Positions 13,255-30,375 are shown, numbered from the stretch's first letter. The stretch: 64,000 bases of DNA from the human T2T-CHM13v2.0 reference genome, Homo sapiens (GCF_009914755.1 NC_060936.1), one strand, 5' to 3'. Numbers and translations are program-made. Notes: a model not told the origin generated them from the sequence alone.

Positions 13255-13324
13255 AGAAGGAAGGAAGGAAGGAAGGAGGGAGAGAGGGAGGGAGGGAGGG
13301 AGGGAGGAAGGAAGGAAGGAAAGG
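13255..13324 (+). repeat. (GGAA)n/(GGGA)n microsatellite in the Alu tail
   Basis: Directly visible purine repeat lying inside the TSD. Confidence 0.95.
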
Positions 13325-13584
13325 CTAGAGTCAAGAAGTTGAAAGTAAATAATGAAACCAGGTTTTCAGCGGCAATGGATCATTTAAACCGAGGATTTAG
13401 ACAAGAAACAATCCAAAATAATTTCTGCAAAGAAGAACCATAGTATAATGGTGCTACAGTCCTAAAACTTAACAGCTCGAAATATGCCATTTTGATGACT
13501 GCAAATATCCGATATTCAGGCATTTCTCAGTACAAATTAGTTATATATTTTTGCATGAGAAATTCAACCATTATGGTTGTAAGA

Positions 13585-13745
13585 TGGAGCTAATATTACT
13601 AAATGTCTTCCATATGTCCAGCACTTTATATATGGCATTTTAATGAATCCTTTCAGTGGCTTTATGGCATAGGTTTTATTAACTCCATTTTAAAAAGAAA
13701 AAACTGAGGTTCAGGGAGGTAAAGCAATTTGCCAACACTAGGAAG
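13585..13745 (-). mobile_element. MIR
   Basis: ccattttaaaaagaaaaaactgaggttcagggaggtaaagcaatttgcc matches the MIR core. Confidence 0.75.
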
Positions 13746-14477
13746 ATCTGCAATGAAAAATCTGCCCAACTTGAAAGTACACTTAATTTTCACTACTGTA
13801 GGTTGTCTAACTATGAAGGACATTATCTCAAAGGACAAAGTATATGTATCTTTTGTTTGTGGCCAGGCAGATACACACTCACACAAATCATGGGTGCTTC
13901 AGGTCCCATGTTTCAGTGTGTATGTGTTTGTTTACTTATTCTAATCTGAGACTGAAATACTCATTTCTATATCTTCGGTTTGGAATGTCTCTTCTCAGCA
14001 CTGGTTTTGTGTATCCTCCACATCGCACTGCGTTACACGGTGCCTGATGCTAGTTGACTCTTCAGGAAAGTCCTGACTTTTCTATTTAGCATTTATAAAA
14101 ATGAGAAATATAAGTGTGGCCATATAAATAATTAATGTTAAAACAAATTGTTATGAGACTTACTATGGTTTTTTTTTGATGTTTATTCTCATATTTTTTA
14201 ATCACGGTAACCCTAACAGTGACAAAACTAAATCCTCACTATTTATTAGAGAAATGGGTAATCTGACTGTAGGAACATTTCTGAATGGAACGTTCAGAAA
14301 TAAAATCCTACGAAATTATTATATTAGTGATTATATTAATATGGAAATGACTTACGTTGTCATGTTAAGTAAAAAAAGCAAAATGAAAACAAATGTGTAA
14401 TCATAACTACGTAATACAAATGAAGAAAAAATAATAGCAAAAAATCTAAAATTAAGTAACCTATATTTTATATTGAG

Positions 14478-15113
14478 TTTTTTTTTATTATACTTTAAGT
14501 TTTAGGGTACATGTGCACAACGTGCAGGTTTGTTACATATGTATACATGTGCCATGTTGGTGTGCTGCACCCATTAACTCTTCATTTAACATTAGGTATA
14601 TCTCCTAATGCTATCCCTCCCCCCTCCCCCCACCCCACAATAGGCCCCGGTGTGTGATGTTCCCCTTCCTGTGTCCATGTGTTCTCATTGTTCAATTCCC
14701 ACCTATGAGTGAGAACATGTGATGTTTGGTTTTCTGTCCTTGTGATAGTTTGCCAAGAATGATGGTTTCCAGCTTCAACCATGTCCCTACAAAGGACATG
14801 AACTCATCCTTTTTTATGGCTGCATAGTATTCCATGGTGTATATGTGCCACATTTTCTTAATCCGGTCTATCATTGTTGGACATTTGGGTTGGTTCCAAG
14901 TCTTTGGTATTGTGAATAGTGCCGCAATAAACATACGTGTGCATGTGACTTTATAGCAGCATGATTTATAATCCTTTAGGTATATACCCAGTAATGGGAT
15001 TGCTGGGTCAAATGGTATTTCTAGTTCTAGATCCCTGAGGAATTGCCACACTGACTTCCACAATGGTTGAACTAGTTTACAGTCTCACCAACAGTGTAAA
15101 AGTGTTCGTATTT
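14478..15113 (-). mobile_element. 5'-truncated L1PA4/5-like 3' end
   Basis: Poly-T, L1 3' UTR, ORF2 C-terminus (ORF 14692-15063). Confidence 0.93.
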
Positions 15114-16254
15114 CCTATGACCTGAATATACTGGACAACAATTTAAACAAATATTTTTAGAAGAAGCAAGAGCAAGTTGGGCAGCTATCCTCTTCCTCTA
15201 GTTACTTCTTTCATGTCAGGGCCTTTTATTATACCCCAGCTAATTTTGTATTCAGCTATAAAGTCTCAGGTACTCAGACATTATCTAAGTATTCCCCAGC
15301 CCCTGAATTGCCTTACAGATACCTGTTAGATCTGTCATAATATGAACACAGATAGAATGAAAGCAATAAACAGAGATTGAAATTGGTTAAAATACCACCA
15401 TAGTGCTGCAATAATATCAACCCATTTTTTTCCTCAGCAACTATAGGTTACAATTCCTTGAAAATACAATAAACAATAAATGTCATTCTGTAGAAGCTTT
15501 GGGAAATGGCTAAATCTTCACAAAGCAAATGTTTCTAAAGAAACCCTGTGGGTACAGTGAGCATTTTAGCAAAGAAAATAATTTGATCCAGATTCTTTTT
15601 ATAGATGCTCACCAGGGGAAAGGGATTATTCCTGCTACCAACATGCTCACCTGGGATCAGAGAAGACTAGAGTTTGCTAACAGGCTGTGTTGCAGATGCA
15701 TATATTTCTTCCTTGCATTTTTACAATGAGACTGTTTTTATATGGTGGAAATACTCCAAATGTAAACAAAGAAAAATTAAGCTGAAAACTGCTAATGCTA
15801 AGTTTAGGGTTTGCAGAAAATATCAGCTAGTGAAGAACAGCTGCCAGAATAAGACACTTGTGCTCGTAGAGATGATTTTTCTTACAAATTTGAAAGAAAT
15901 TAAAATGATGAATCATAAGCCCTGCTATAAATAAATTATGACCGCAAATTGCCAGATACAGAAATATTCTCATTAAAGTCCATTGTCTTTGAAGACAAAA
16001 TTGCCTCATTTATTATTTCAGTAGACTCAAGCCAATTTAGAACAATTAAAGCCTGCATTATCAAACATGCTTGATATGCACTGAAAATACATTAGAAGAG
16101 AAACAGGTGCTGTTTCAATCTAATAGGATCAATCACTATCTCCTATAAGAAGCATGACACTTTGTTGTGCAAGAAATTTAGAGTGTCTCATTGAATGAAT
16201 GCCAATTTCCAATCAGCCAATGACAATGTGGCATCAGTCTATGCCAACTGGTTC

Positions 16255-16730
16255 ATGCACTTATTTATTAATTCATTCATTTATTCAATCAATCCTTCTA
16301 CATGTCTACTATACTGATTACATGCCAGGCAACTGGTCAAGCATGGTGGAAAACCAAAAAGATTAGAAAACATTGTAATTTAAAATATGCATGTTCTCTA
16401 GGAGAGTAGGAATGACATGTACTCCAATAAAGGTAATGTAAGGGTGAAATTGAGTTGTACACGCAGTGCCTAGAAGTTGAATGGAAGAAAAACTCTTCTG
16501 ATTGGAGAGGACAGGGAAATCTATGAGACATTAGAATGATGTTAACTGGCACCTGAGAACTATAAGATTACTACCTATAGATATTAAGGGAGAATACTTC
16601 ATGTGGAATAAAGAGTGAAAAACTGGGCAAATAGGGTGTAATAGTGAAGAGTTCAGTTTAGAGCAGATGGAACATTAAAGAAAGTTGTGGTAGATAAGGC
16701 TGAAAAAAATCAGAGCAAGGTTGGAAGTTT
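16255..16730 (-). mobile_element. L2 3' fragment
   Basis: ttcattcatttattcaatcaa...catgccaggca terminus followed by purine-rich L2-like body. Confidence 0.6.
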
Positions 16731-16979
16731 GTCTAACAAGATTGTCCAGCAATGTCTCCTTTGTCTATTCTGACTTTGGTTACTTGAAACTTCTCTCACG
16801 TTTGTACTACTCACTTATGCCAGAAATTTCTCATTTTAATTACAAATTTCAGGAAATTTATTTTTAAACATTTTATTATATATTTTTTATTTTATTAATA
16901 TTTATTTCTATGATATTCTGACTTTAACATTCTCCAGATTTACTGTGCCAGTTTTCTTAGACTGACATTTAAGTACACT

Positions 16980-18940
16980 AATTTTCAGATTTACATTACA
17001 AAACATTTACATTAATTTTGTCAAAAAATTATAAAATTGAAATGAGATAGGTGACATAGAAATACACACGGTATATACAAAACTGACACAAATAGAAATA
17101 AAAAGCCTTAATAATTCTAGAACCATTTAAGGATTTGATTATGTATAACCAAACAAATAAACAAAACAATTCACAAATGAACTTCCTGGCCAGATGGTTT
17201 TATCAGTAAGTTCTATTAAACTTTCAAAGAATAAATGTTTTTCACAATATGTTAAAATGTCAGAGAAAAAGAAAATTGCAAAGATTTTGTAATTTACTAT
17301 AGGAACTCAACCTAATCTTAATCAAAACCTGATAAGAACAATATAAGAAAAGAAAATCATATGCCAGTATTACCCCATAAAGCTTAAATAAAATATAAGT
17401 AAAGCAAATGCAGCAGTGTATGCAAATATGTTATATATGTTCAGTTGTGATTATCACAGAAATTTGAAGTTGGTATTGTGTTCTACATTCAATAAATAAG
17501 ATGTGTTGCATTAACAAATTAATGAGAAAAATATCTTGTTGAAAAGTTATATAGCAAAATTCATAATCCATTCATAATACAATTTCTTGATAAACTGGAA
17601 ATGTCATGTAACTTTCTCAACATGGTAAAGGCATGTACAAAATCTTACAGTGAAAATAAAAACTAAATGTCTGATTATTTTCTTCCTTAGAGTTAATATG
17701 AGTCAAGTATTCTTGCTTTTACTATTTCTATTTAATACTGAAGAACTGAGATTGTCTAATACACAAAAAATGATTGACAAGAAATAAAAAGTTCTGCAAT
17801 TGTATAAGTAGCATTTCAAAAGAAGATATATGTGCATACATGCACACATGCATACCTTATCAAGTATGCAAGATTTTACATTAATATCTAAAACTTAACT
17901 GGCTCAATGATTTAGAAATAAAAGGAAAATCACCATTTAAGATAGCAGAAAAATATCATGTATCTAGAAATAACGAAACATTTACATTAAAATATGTATA
18001 CTTTGTACACATAGAAGATATGAATAAATGGAGAATTATGCTATGTCAATGAATTAAAGTATTCCATATTTAATGTGATGTGACTTTTTTTTCAAATTGC
18101 TTTATAACCACAGAATCTGTGAAATGCGGAGGGTTGGTGGGGGTGAGGATTTATACATTTATAAGGAATACAAAGGACAAAATGGCCTAGATAGCATAGC
18201 CTAGATAGTAGTCCCACTCAAAGTCCCATAGAAAAAGAGAATCTGAAGAGGAAACTTAATTGCTAATGCTTAATTGTGAGTGTTATTTTCAGGGGAAAAA
18301 ATAAGGAAATAAAGATTTGAAGCCAAAATATAAATGGGAAGCAAATATATTATGATGCATTCACAAGATGGCTGCTTCTTCACAAGGAGACGGTCACTTG
18401 GCCACACAGGACGTTTGTAGAGGTTGTACAGAAACACTACACCTCAGAAGTCCATGCACGATCGCAATGGAGAAAGACTTTATCAGCTGCCTCCCATCTC
18501 TGATGTGCTATTGATCAAGTTTGGTGTTATGAGAAATTAGCCTGGCCCCTTTGGCAGCTGGTGGGAAAGTCTCACCTCATATCTTGCCACACAGTGCTCA
18601 CACCAAAATAGAAAATAGTGGGAGAAGCCAGGGACTCCAGGTGTTGACCTAAGTGAAAAATGTGGCTGCCCCTCACAGGGTCCGTCTGCTGCTTTGGAGT
18701 CAGGCTGGAACAAGCATCTCAGTGCCCAGGAGGCAGGAGCATCTGACAGAATCCAAGGTATCATAGAAGATGATTTTAACAAAGTGGGAAAGTTTTACCA
18801 GATAGCAAGACTTAATATTAAGCTCTAGTGGTTACCATCCTATGGCATTGGGACGGAAAGTAGGCCAAAGGGTCAAAACAGAAGACCCTGAAGTAAAACC
18901 AGGCATATATGGGAACTATTTATGACAGATAATTCTGCGG
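16980..18940 (+). mobile_element. Highly decayed L1M (L1MC/ME-type) ORF2 fragment split by an LTR
   Basis: Degenerate ORF2 motifs (ggccagatggttttatcagtaagttcta; aaaacctgataagaac; gaataaatggagaattatgctatgtcaatg). Resumes after ~18770. Confidence 0.65.
18205..18768. mobile_element. Ancient ERVL-type LTR (LTR33/LTR16-like) inserted in the L1M
   Basis: GC-richer ~560-bp block interrupting colinear L1 ORF2, with LTR-like motifs. Confidence 0.45.
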
Positions 18941-18959
18941 TACTGGCAACACTCAGTGT

Positions 18960-19590
18960 ATTGATTTGGGTATCAGTTACAATAGTATTGACTTGTTACA
19001 TTCTATCTGTAAAACTGATTTTACTCGGTAAATTGTGTGTTTGAATACTATACTCTGTAAAAAATTAGTATAAAATAAATGCAACTGTTTCTGTCAAACA
19101 TATGCATCGTCTTTCTACATCCAAATTTTAAAAATCAATTTGTCTATACTTTAAAAATATCCTTCAGGGATTTTTATTATGTTTGCTTTGAATCTATAGG
19201 TCAGGATAGAAAGAACAAAAGTGAGTCTCCCAATTCATGAACACATTTCTTTCCATTTATTTGGGTTGTCTTTGGTTTCTTTCTTAGGTGTTTTACATTT
19301 TTTGCCATACAGATTCTGTACATATCTTATTCAATATGTATTTCAGCATTTCACCTTCTGATATCACTGTAAATGTTATTATTATTTGTTTTTAATTTTA
19401 AATTCCAAATGTTCATTGCTAGTATGTAGATATACAATTGATTTCTGTAAATTGAACTTCCATCCTGTAACCATGCTAAACTCACTTACTAATTCTAGGA
19501 ACTTCTTTTGCAAATACTTTGTCATTTTTCTAAGTATGCAATCACACAGTCTGCGAATAGAGACAGATTTATTTTTTCTGTTCTAATTTG
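18960..19590 (-). mobile_element. Decayed L1M ORF2 fragment
   Basis: ttgaatctataggtca...ccaattcatgaaca...ttgctagtatgtagatatacaattgatttctg are antisense ORF2 motifs. Confidence 0.7.
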
Positions 19591-19924
19591 TTTTCTAAGA
19601 GTCCCTGGGGAAAAGTAATTTTTATTATTTCAAGTTTGAATGTGTTGGTTTCAGCATTAGATTAAAAGAAACTAAAATATCTTAACAGTATTTAATTTAT
19701 CACAAGTGTCAGATGCTAAGTAGAAAAGGTTGTACTTCTAAGTACAGTATCATCCCTTGGCCTGTTGTCTTGGACCCTCTGTGAAAATCTAGGTAACACA
19801 ACTCTCCAGGAAATAATTTCTTGGACAGGCTAGCAGCCCATCTTTGCTTGTGTGCCTTATCATCTTGATAGCTTTCACTGTTTTTGATTTTTAACTTGTC
19901 TACAGTCTTTTATCCTCACTATAT

Positions 19925-20052
19925 AGATGATAACCAACCACCCAGTTTGCCCCAGACAATTCCTATTCTATCCTTGACAGTGCTACGTCTTTAAAAACAA
20001 AACAAAACAAACAAACCTCAGTCCCACACAAACCGGGACTTTGGTCATCCTT
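19925..20052. mobile_element. MER81-like hAT-Blackjack MITE
   Basis: Inverted termini gataaccaaccacccagtttgcc ... caaaccgggactttggtcatcc, ~125 bp. Confidence 0.7.
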
Positions 20053-20799
20053 GATATAGAATAATATGTATCTTAAGAAAATACTGTTTCTGCTATGAAA
20101 AATCACATCTAATATTTCTAGAAATATTAATGCTAACATTTTAAGGTGTAATGAATATGAAACACTGCTCATCAGTCTTAACTGTTTTAACACTTTAAAA
20201 TCAGACTATCTACTATTTTAGAGCTCTCCCTCTATAATTTGGATGTATTATTGCATTTAAACATCATTTCTATAAACACTTTACATAAAACAAAAATGTT
20301 ATAATTTACATGACAACCTTATTTATATAAAACACACAAATATTTAGTGCATCCTTCACCTAGTAATATAGAAAATTTTAGTTTTTCTTCACAAAAATCT
20401 CTGTACACTGCCCTGGAAATAGCCACACAGCTTATCGTAGAAATAGCTGGAATTCAGACAAATGTGTCTGCCATTTATCACATCTTATTGAGAAATGAGC
20501 TTCATTAAACCCTACTGACTTTGCCTTCTGAAATTTTCCATCATGTTTACCTCCTTCCACCTGCTGTGAGAAACAACTAAACAGTATGTTCACTTTTGAG
20601 GCTCCCAGAACACTCAGCAAGAAGTGGAAATCTAAGGTCTTCTGTAGTACTAATTTTGATTTATGTAATGGGGAGAGATTTTTTTATACTAGATTAACTA
20701 CTTCTCGCTACAGGGTGTAGAAGATGCCTTTGATCAGGAATGATATTATTAATTGTGGTAAGAAATAGGGAAAATATTCTGTAAATGATTCAGTGCAAT

Positions 20800-21040
20800 A
20801 TGTGATAATATGAAAATAAGGTCATAATATATTACTAAGTGGAAAAAAAGCAGATTATAAAGCAGTATGTGAATTGTGATCCTGTTTTTAAATACATATA
20901 TAAGTGTACAAAGTCTGGGAGAAAATTCACCTAAATGTTACCATGTCACTGGGTGATGTGATATAACTGGTGGTTTTTACTTACTTTATTTTGCTTCTCT
21001 ATTTTTAAATGTTCTATAATTCATATGCATTTTTATAAAA
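20800..21040 (+). mobile_element. L1ME-type 3' end remnant
   Basis: taagtggaaaaaaagcagattataaagcagtatgtg...ctaaatgttacc...ttctataattcatatgcat. Confidence 0.55.
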
Positions 21041-21104
21041 ATCATTCAACTAATCAAGTTATAAAAAGTACTAGTTTCTGAATATTTGCATGGTTAATAT
21101 AAGA

Positions 21105-21310
21105 GCAATGTTGTGTCATCTAAAATGCACTGGACAGCCAGTCAGGTGACTAACAAATTTTAGCTGTAGCACTTACTATGTAATAAGGTATTCAACCTTC
21201 ATCAGTCTTAGATTTTTCATTTGCAGAATGGAATAAAATGTCTCATATGGCTTCTGGGAAAATGAAATGAGATTCTATACACAAAGATACTTTGAAAGCT
21301 CAGCTGATAT
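21105..21310 (+). mobile_element. MIR
   Basis: cacttactatgtaataaggtattcaaccttc...tttttcatttgcagaatggaataa. Confidence 0.6.
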
Positions 21311-21349
21311 ATAAATATCCAATTGTGCTTTAAAATAATAGTTTCACTA

Positions 21350-21648
21350 GGCCGAACACGGTGGCTCATGCCTGTAATCTCAGCATTTTGGAAGGCCGAG
21401 GCAGGTGGATCACCTGAGGTCAGCAGTTCAAGACCAGCCTGGCCAACATGGCGGAACCCTGTCTCTACTAAAAATACAAAAATTAGCTGTGCATGGTGGC
21501 ACATGCCTGTAATCCCAGCTACTCTGGAGGCTGAAGCAGAAGAATCACTTAAACCCTGAAGGCAGAGGTTGCACTGAGCCAAGATTTGCCACTGTTGCCT
21601 GGGTGACAGAGTGAGACTCAGTAAGTAAATAAATAAAATAATAATAAT
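21350..21648 (+). mobile_element. AluS (Sx/Sz-like)
   Basis: Dimeric Alu with cacctgaggtcag and cctggccaacatgg, (TAAA)n tail. Confidence 0.93.
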
Positions 21649-24600
21649 TGTTATTTTATGGTTTTTAAGCCATAGTTAATGTTCTTAGGCTAAGATTTTA
21701 AGCTTACTGCTGGTTGGTTTGTGTATTTGAAAGAAAAAATTAAACTATGTTAAAATATAGAAAATTTTGTATAAAATGTCTTTAGTCAAATCCTTAGTGG
21801 GTCATACTATGTTCTCTATAACATATAACTGTATGCCTTTTTAAAAAATTCTAAGTGGTATTTCCAAAAAAAAAATTTCTGAGCATTAATTTATTTTCTA
21901 CGTTGAATATAAATAAATAATTCTAAGAGCTATATGGGTTTTAAACAAAAATCAAATCGATTTAGAAATTTTTATGCAATAACAGGTTAGAAAAAGAGGT
22001 CTAGAAATTTGATGTACATTCTCCAAGTTTTAAAAAATTCTTATCTTAAAAGACACGATACAATTTTTTCCACAACCATGTTCTTTGGCACTACTGGTAG
22101 AGATTGAGATAGCTGTGCCATTTGTCTAATGTTTATGTGTTCAGCTCTGAGTGGGCTTGCAATGAAGATTTGTTTCATACATATTTAAGAAAACTGTCTT
22201 TCAGAATTTGATCCTGAGAACATTGAATGCCTAAATATTTTAAATTGAGGTTGACTTCACTGGTTATACCCATAATATCTTCACCTTGTGTCTATTTCAG
22301 CTTGCAATATTCTAGATTTATAGCAAATATTTCATCTCTCTGGTCTTATACTTTGATTGCCCTAGTTATTAATTGCTCACTAACATGTGTTTGCATCCAC
22401 AGAAGCCAAAGTATTTTACTAAGTGTGAGAACAAAAAATAACAGAATATGAGGTATCTGCCATTAATAAGTTACAGCTCTATAAAACTCTCAGATTTCCC
22501 CCATATAGTTAAGGAGAAAACATCCTGGAGATTTTCTTTTTTGTGACAGTCTATTGGTATTGATTCAGTACTTCATAAAACTTCAGACCTCATCTTCTCT
22601 CCCATTATTCATCTTTCTACAGAATATATATATATGGCTCCTGGTTGTGTTAGGTCTCATTTAGGTTCTCCACTTACTCATCTGGGACTAATTCTAAATC
22701 CCTTATGCAGAAGAAAGCTGTGCCAAATAGAGGTATTGGAAGATGCTAAAGTCCCAAGAAGTGTTTATATATGGTTTGTAAGCCTTGCTCACAAAAGGCA
22801 ATTTTTAGCAGTATCTTATTTGATCTCCACCAATTGACAAAGATTGAAGGCTGTGTTGTCATGTGTCTTGCTGTTTATACAAATGTAAATCAGCTCAATA
22901 ACCGAAGTAAACAATCTTTTCACGTTGTAAAGGGTTCTTTCTGATTTAGGTTATATTGCTAATACAAGGTAAAGCAATAACTGTGAGATTTCTTCAGGGG
23001 AGAATGGTAAAGTGTTCCCCCCCAACTACCTCTGTCTCTAAATATTTAGCAGAATCTTTATGATGCAAAGTAGATTTACACATTGTCCTGAAATCCTTCA
23101 CCTGCACTAATTTTTACCCTTCAGTGATGTGCCATTTGATTCTCTGTCATGCTTAAAATAGAATTGCAATGAAAAGGAAGAAACATGTTCACAGTTAATG
23201 AGCTATTACTTGGGTATTTGAGCATAAAGAGACTTCAAGACTTAAGGGAATGAAAGAAAGTACAAATGAAAACTTTTAATCACAACCTAATTTTACTTGT
23301 TCACAAATATTTTCTTAGTCATAGAAACTTTTTTGGAGACCTGATTATTGTTTCTTTGAAAATTAAACCCTTTCTTTTTTCCCAGACCTGTCTCATATTC
23401 TATTTCCTTGCAGTGCTATGTGTTCACCCCTCTTCATATTGGAATGCATGTCTTTCAGTAACATCAATGGAACACATATGCAAGACTCATTATAGATCCA
23501 TAAAGTAAAAAGCATGAACATTCACAGCTGTATTTCCTGTGCCTAGAACAGTGCCTGGAACCTAGGTGAACAATGAACTCCTCACAGTGCATTTGATTTG
23601 AAAAATCAAATGTCGCCTCTTGTACTTCAGTGATATTACACAAATTACTCAAATTTTCAATAAATGTATTTTCTGTATGAGTGAAGCTTAAAAATACCTC
23701 CTGTGTTTAGCTTTTCACCAACATGTGCTCATCCTTTTTACTGTAATTTTTAAAGTTTTCTTTTAGGTTGTGCCTGCTCAGCTTTATTCATTTCCCATTA
23801 CACTGGAAATATTGGGTTTTATGAATTAATCATATTATTTGTAAAATTTTGCATAGTTTTAATAGATTCTTATAAAATCAGTACAGTTTCCTTTTGCAAT
23901 TCAACTCTCAAGTGTGACCTACTCTATTTAAAATATCCTCTCTGAGTGTCCCTTTCAAAATCACTTTTCTAAGCTATTTTGGCAAAATTTTATCATTCCA
24001 TGGAATAAGTAGGCAAGTCAGGGACAGTTTTCTCACTGTTAAGCCTTCGAGATGAGGGCTTCTACATAACATTTATAATCTCTTTGCAAAGAAAGTCCTA
24101 GATAGAAAATGAACAGTTTTTAAATATAAAGTAAATTAGTTTAAAAATTAAAAAACAGGTAAAATATTATCCTTTTCTTTCATCTTTAGAAATAATTGTT
24201 TATTTAACATTTAACTCATAAAATTTGTGCAGAATTTGGCTAACATTATGTCCTGTGCATTTTATAAAATACAAAACATGCATGTATCAGAACTATTTGA
24301 ACCATGTGTAGGAAATGGAAAAGTCCTCTTTCAATTTTCAGACCCTGCTATGATCTGTTTTCTACACAAAGGCAGCCAGGTCTTAAGCCCCAGGTACAGG
24401 AAATAATCCTGTCTTTACTGACCCTTGAGTTACAATGTCTAAAAATGTACTTTTTAGACCCTTAGTTAACAGTTTATATGACATTCATCTTTTACTCCTG
24501 ATAGGGACAAGTTGTAACATGCAATAAAGCCTGTGTTACGTGCTATAACTATACAAAGATGGCATTGTATCTTTTCATGTGCAATATCTTGTACAGGGAG

Positions 24601-27009
24601 AGACCAGGAAGATAAAGAATATTTATGCACTATGGGATTTAAAGAATGCCAATAAAAGTGCCAGAGCATCCACGGAAGGAAAAGGTTGAGTCTAATGGAC
24701 AAAATCATAGAGTTATCTGAACCTAGCAATGAATAGGTCTGGAAATGATTAATGAATATTGTAGGAGGCATGCCAGAAGAATCTTAAGTTTAGAAGGAGG
24801 AAATGGTGCAAATAAAACCACAGAGGTGTGAAAGAATCATAGACCACATTTAAAAAAAGAAAAAAAAAGCTGTCCAACTTAAAGAAAACAGTACAGGAGA
24901 AGTTGAAAAATAAAGTAACTAAATCATATTCAAAGGTGTGTGCCTTCTGTAAATCAGAAGAAAAAAATTACTGGGTGCTGCATACAAGTATCTCTGTGTT
25001 AAAAGATATCCACAAGTTAGTGCAAGAAATGTTGTGAAGGGAAAAAACAGGCCTGTGAATGAAACAGTTCAGATGATTGCACTGTATTTGGAAAAGCCTT
25101 CATTCATAAGCCTGTTTTGAAAGTTTCATTCCGTTTGAAGTAGGAGACAAGGTGGAAAGCAACAAAGAAGACTGAAAGGTCTGAAAACAGCCTTGTGCAT
25201 TGCCAGAGAGTGAAGAGATGCATGTAGATGTGGAAAGGGGTAAAAACAGAGAAAGACTGGATATGTTAGAGTAATTGCATCCATTCTGCACATACTCAAC
25301 CATCTGGTACAATCAGAAGTACAGAAATAGGACTGTATCAGGAAAAATCATTTGCAAATGACAATACACAAAAAGAAGCCTGTTACTTGCATAAATAAGG
25401 TTTGTCAGTTTCAAATATTAATTCTTCTGACAAATTATTAAACAAACCAACAAATAATACAATTAAAGACAAAAGGGATATAATATGTTTAATAGTACAT
25501 AAAATTGTTATTGGCAAAAATAAAAGTGCAACTCAACTAATCAAATGCAGGTACAATTATCCTAAAGCCCCTACTAGATGAAAGAATAGGTAACTTGCAG
25601 GTCAGAATTGCACTAAGATAAAGCCCAGGCCCAAATACACATACCAGTGCTGTATTCATAATGATGCCCGACTCTCAGCTCTCCAAACCTAGTATTTTCC
25701 AAAACTACTGAAGAGGAGTGTCAGTGAGTTGGAGAAGTTCATCCCTGTGCTATCACTACTTAAATTTATGTAAAACTGCTCTTTGCATGAACTAAATTAC
25801 TAAAGAGAAAAATCTCATAGTGTCACAATTAAGAATAAAATTCTGAAAGTAGATATACTATAAAATGTTCAATCAATAGAAAATGAAAATTAAATATTTT
25901 TACATATGTAAATATTTGTCTAATTTTGTAAAAAATTGAAGTTTCTAGTGGGGACTTATTGAAACATCGAAAATTAGAAAAGGAAAAAAAATCTTTATCT
26001 GCAGGAACTTCTCCAGCTTTACTGGTATTTAATTTTCAAGTTATGCTAACAATGGAATCTATAAACCACTAAAAGCATTAATACAATAAACCATCACTAA
26101 TTAAAGAAAGGAAAAGAAAAGGAAACTTTCAAGAATAGAAATCATTCTAAATTGTATAATAATCGTATAAGAAAAAATTTTTCCAATTACTCTACATTTT
26201 AGAGACGATTCTAGAAATGGTAACATCAAGGTAAATTAATCATGCCATATAATACGTATTTTTACCCAGTACTTATTTTGTTTAATAAATCCCTTAAAAT
26301 GAATATCGACCCATATATTTCATATATTATATAGAGGTGTATATCTCTGGAAAAAAATGGCTACACATATAGTAATATGATTACTTTTATGAGGTAGAAT
26401 ATTATTGATTTCATAAGGTAAATATTTAAAATGCCCAGTTAATACTACTCTTTTAATATTTAAAATTTATACATTTCCCCCCATATTTTAACAAATTCTT
26501 AATTAGTGAAATTGAATTTGGGGAGATATACTAGTACAAGGAGAGAAGAAAGAGCATACGAGCTGCTATATCTCAATAAAGGACATGCAAGTAACCAATA
26601 TCTGCAAAGATGTTTTGAATTATCAGTAATTCTGTAAACACCAGCCAATTCATTGGTTTTTTTAACTTGCAGATTGAGAGATATTGTAATACAATTTTTG
26701 TTCTTATGCAAATCGTGCACATTTATCATAAACAGAGAGACAATCTAGAAGTTTAAATGAACCCTGTGATACCAGACCACCTGGGTTTAAGTCCTGGCTC
26801 TGCAAATTACAAGCTGTTGTAACCTTAGGCACAATGCCCTGCCAAGTCCTATCAGAGTTTGAGACAAATGGAAGAATGTATATCCCCATACATACTTACC
26901 TAAATATCCTTGTTTATTTTGAACCAAGTGGAGAAAGTTAATACAAGCTCACTAAATGTATTAACTAAAAAGTTAATACAAGCTCACTAAATATGGTATA
27001 ATTTTTGTT

Positions 27010-29560
<2,551 letters not shown>

Positions 29561-29660
29561 ATAAGAAAATAATAAAATAAAATGAAATCTATTTATATGT
29601 GGAAGATATATAGAAATTTATATGTGGATATATGGAGAGAGCTATATAGGAAAACATATA

Positions 29661-30089
29661 CAGTTGGCCCTTGAAAAATGGGTTTGAACTGCAAAGATCC
29701 ACTTATATGTGGATTTTCTTTCACCTCTGCTACCCCTGAGATAATAAGACAAACCTCTTCTCCCGCTCCTCCTCCTCAGCCTACTCAATATGAGGAAGAC
29801 AGGAATGAAGATCTATAGGATGACCCTCTTCCACTTAATGAATAGTTAAGTGGAATAATTTTTCCTTATTATTTTCTTAATAACATTTCCTTTTCTCTTG
29901 CTTACTAGAATAGAGAATATAATTCATATAACATACAGTATATTTGTTAACCAAATGTTTATCAGTAAGGCTTCTGGTCAACATTGAGCTATTAATAGTT
30001 AAGTTTGGGGAAATCAAAAGTTTTATGTGGTTTTTTGACTATGTGGGTTCTTGGTGCCCCTAAACTTCATGTTGTTCAGGGGTTAACTG
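29661..30089. mobile_element. Tigger2a (complete non-autonomous element)
   Basis: TIRs cagttggcccttgaa / ttcaggggttaactg, TA dinucleotide on both flanks, ~430 bp. Confidence 0.9.
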
Positions 30090-30142
30090 TACACATACAT
30101 CTTTCTCTTTCTCTCCTTTTCTCTGTCTCTCCACCCACACAT

Positions 30143-30375
30143 TTATATATGTATATATAATATACATATATATACATATATATGTATATATTATATATAC
30201 ATATATATGTATATATATAATATACATATATATGTATATATATGTATATTATATATACATATATATACATAATATACATATATATACATATATAAGTATA
30301 TATAATATATACATATATATGTATATTATATAATATATATTATATGTATTTTATATATATATATATATATATATG
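30143..30375. repeat. (TA)n-rich compound microsatellite
   Basis: ~230 bp of tata/taca/tatg units. Confidence 0.97.

Noticed and set aside
18181-18210. Short tandem duplication gcctagatag x2 (similarly aacatatacatt at ~27421)
   Set aside because: Ordinary 10-12 bp slippage duplications.
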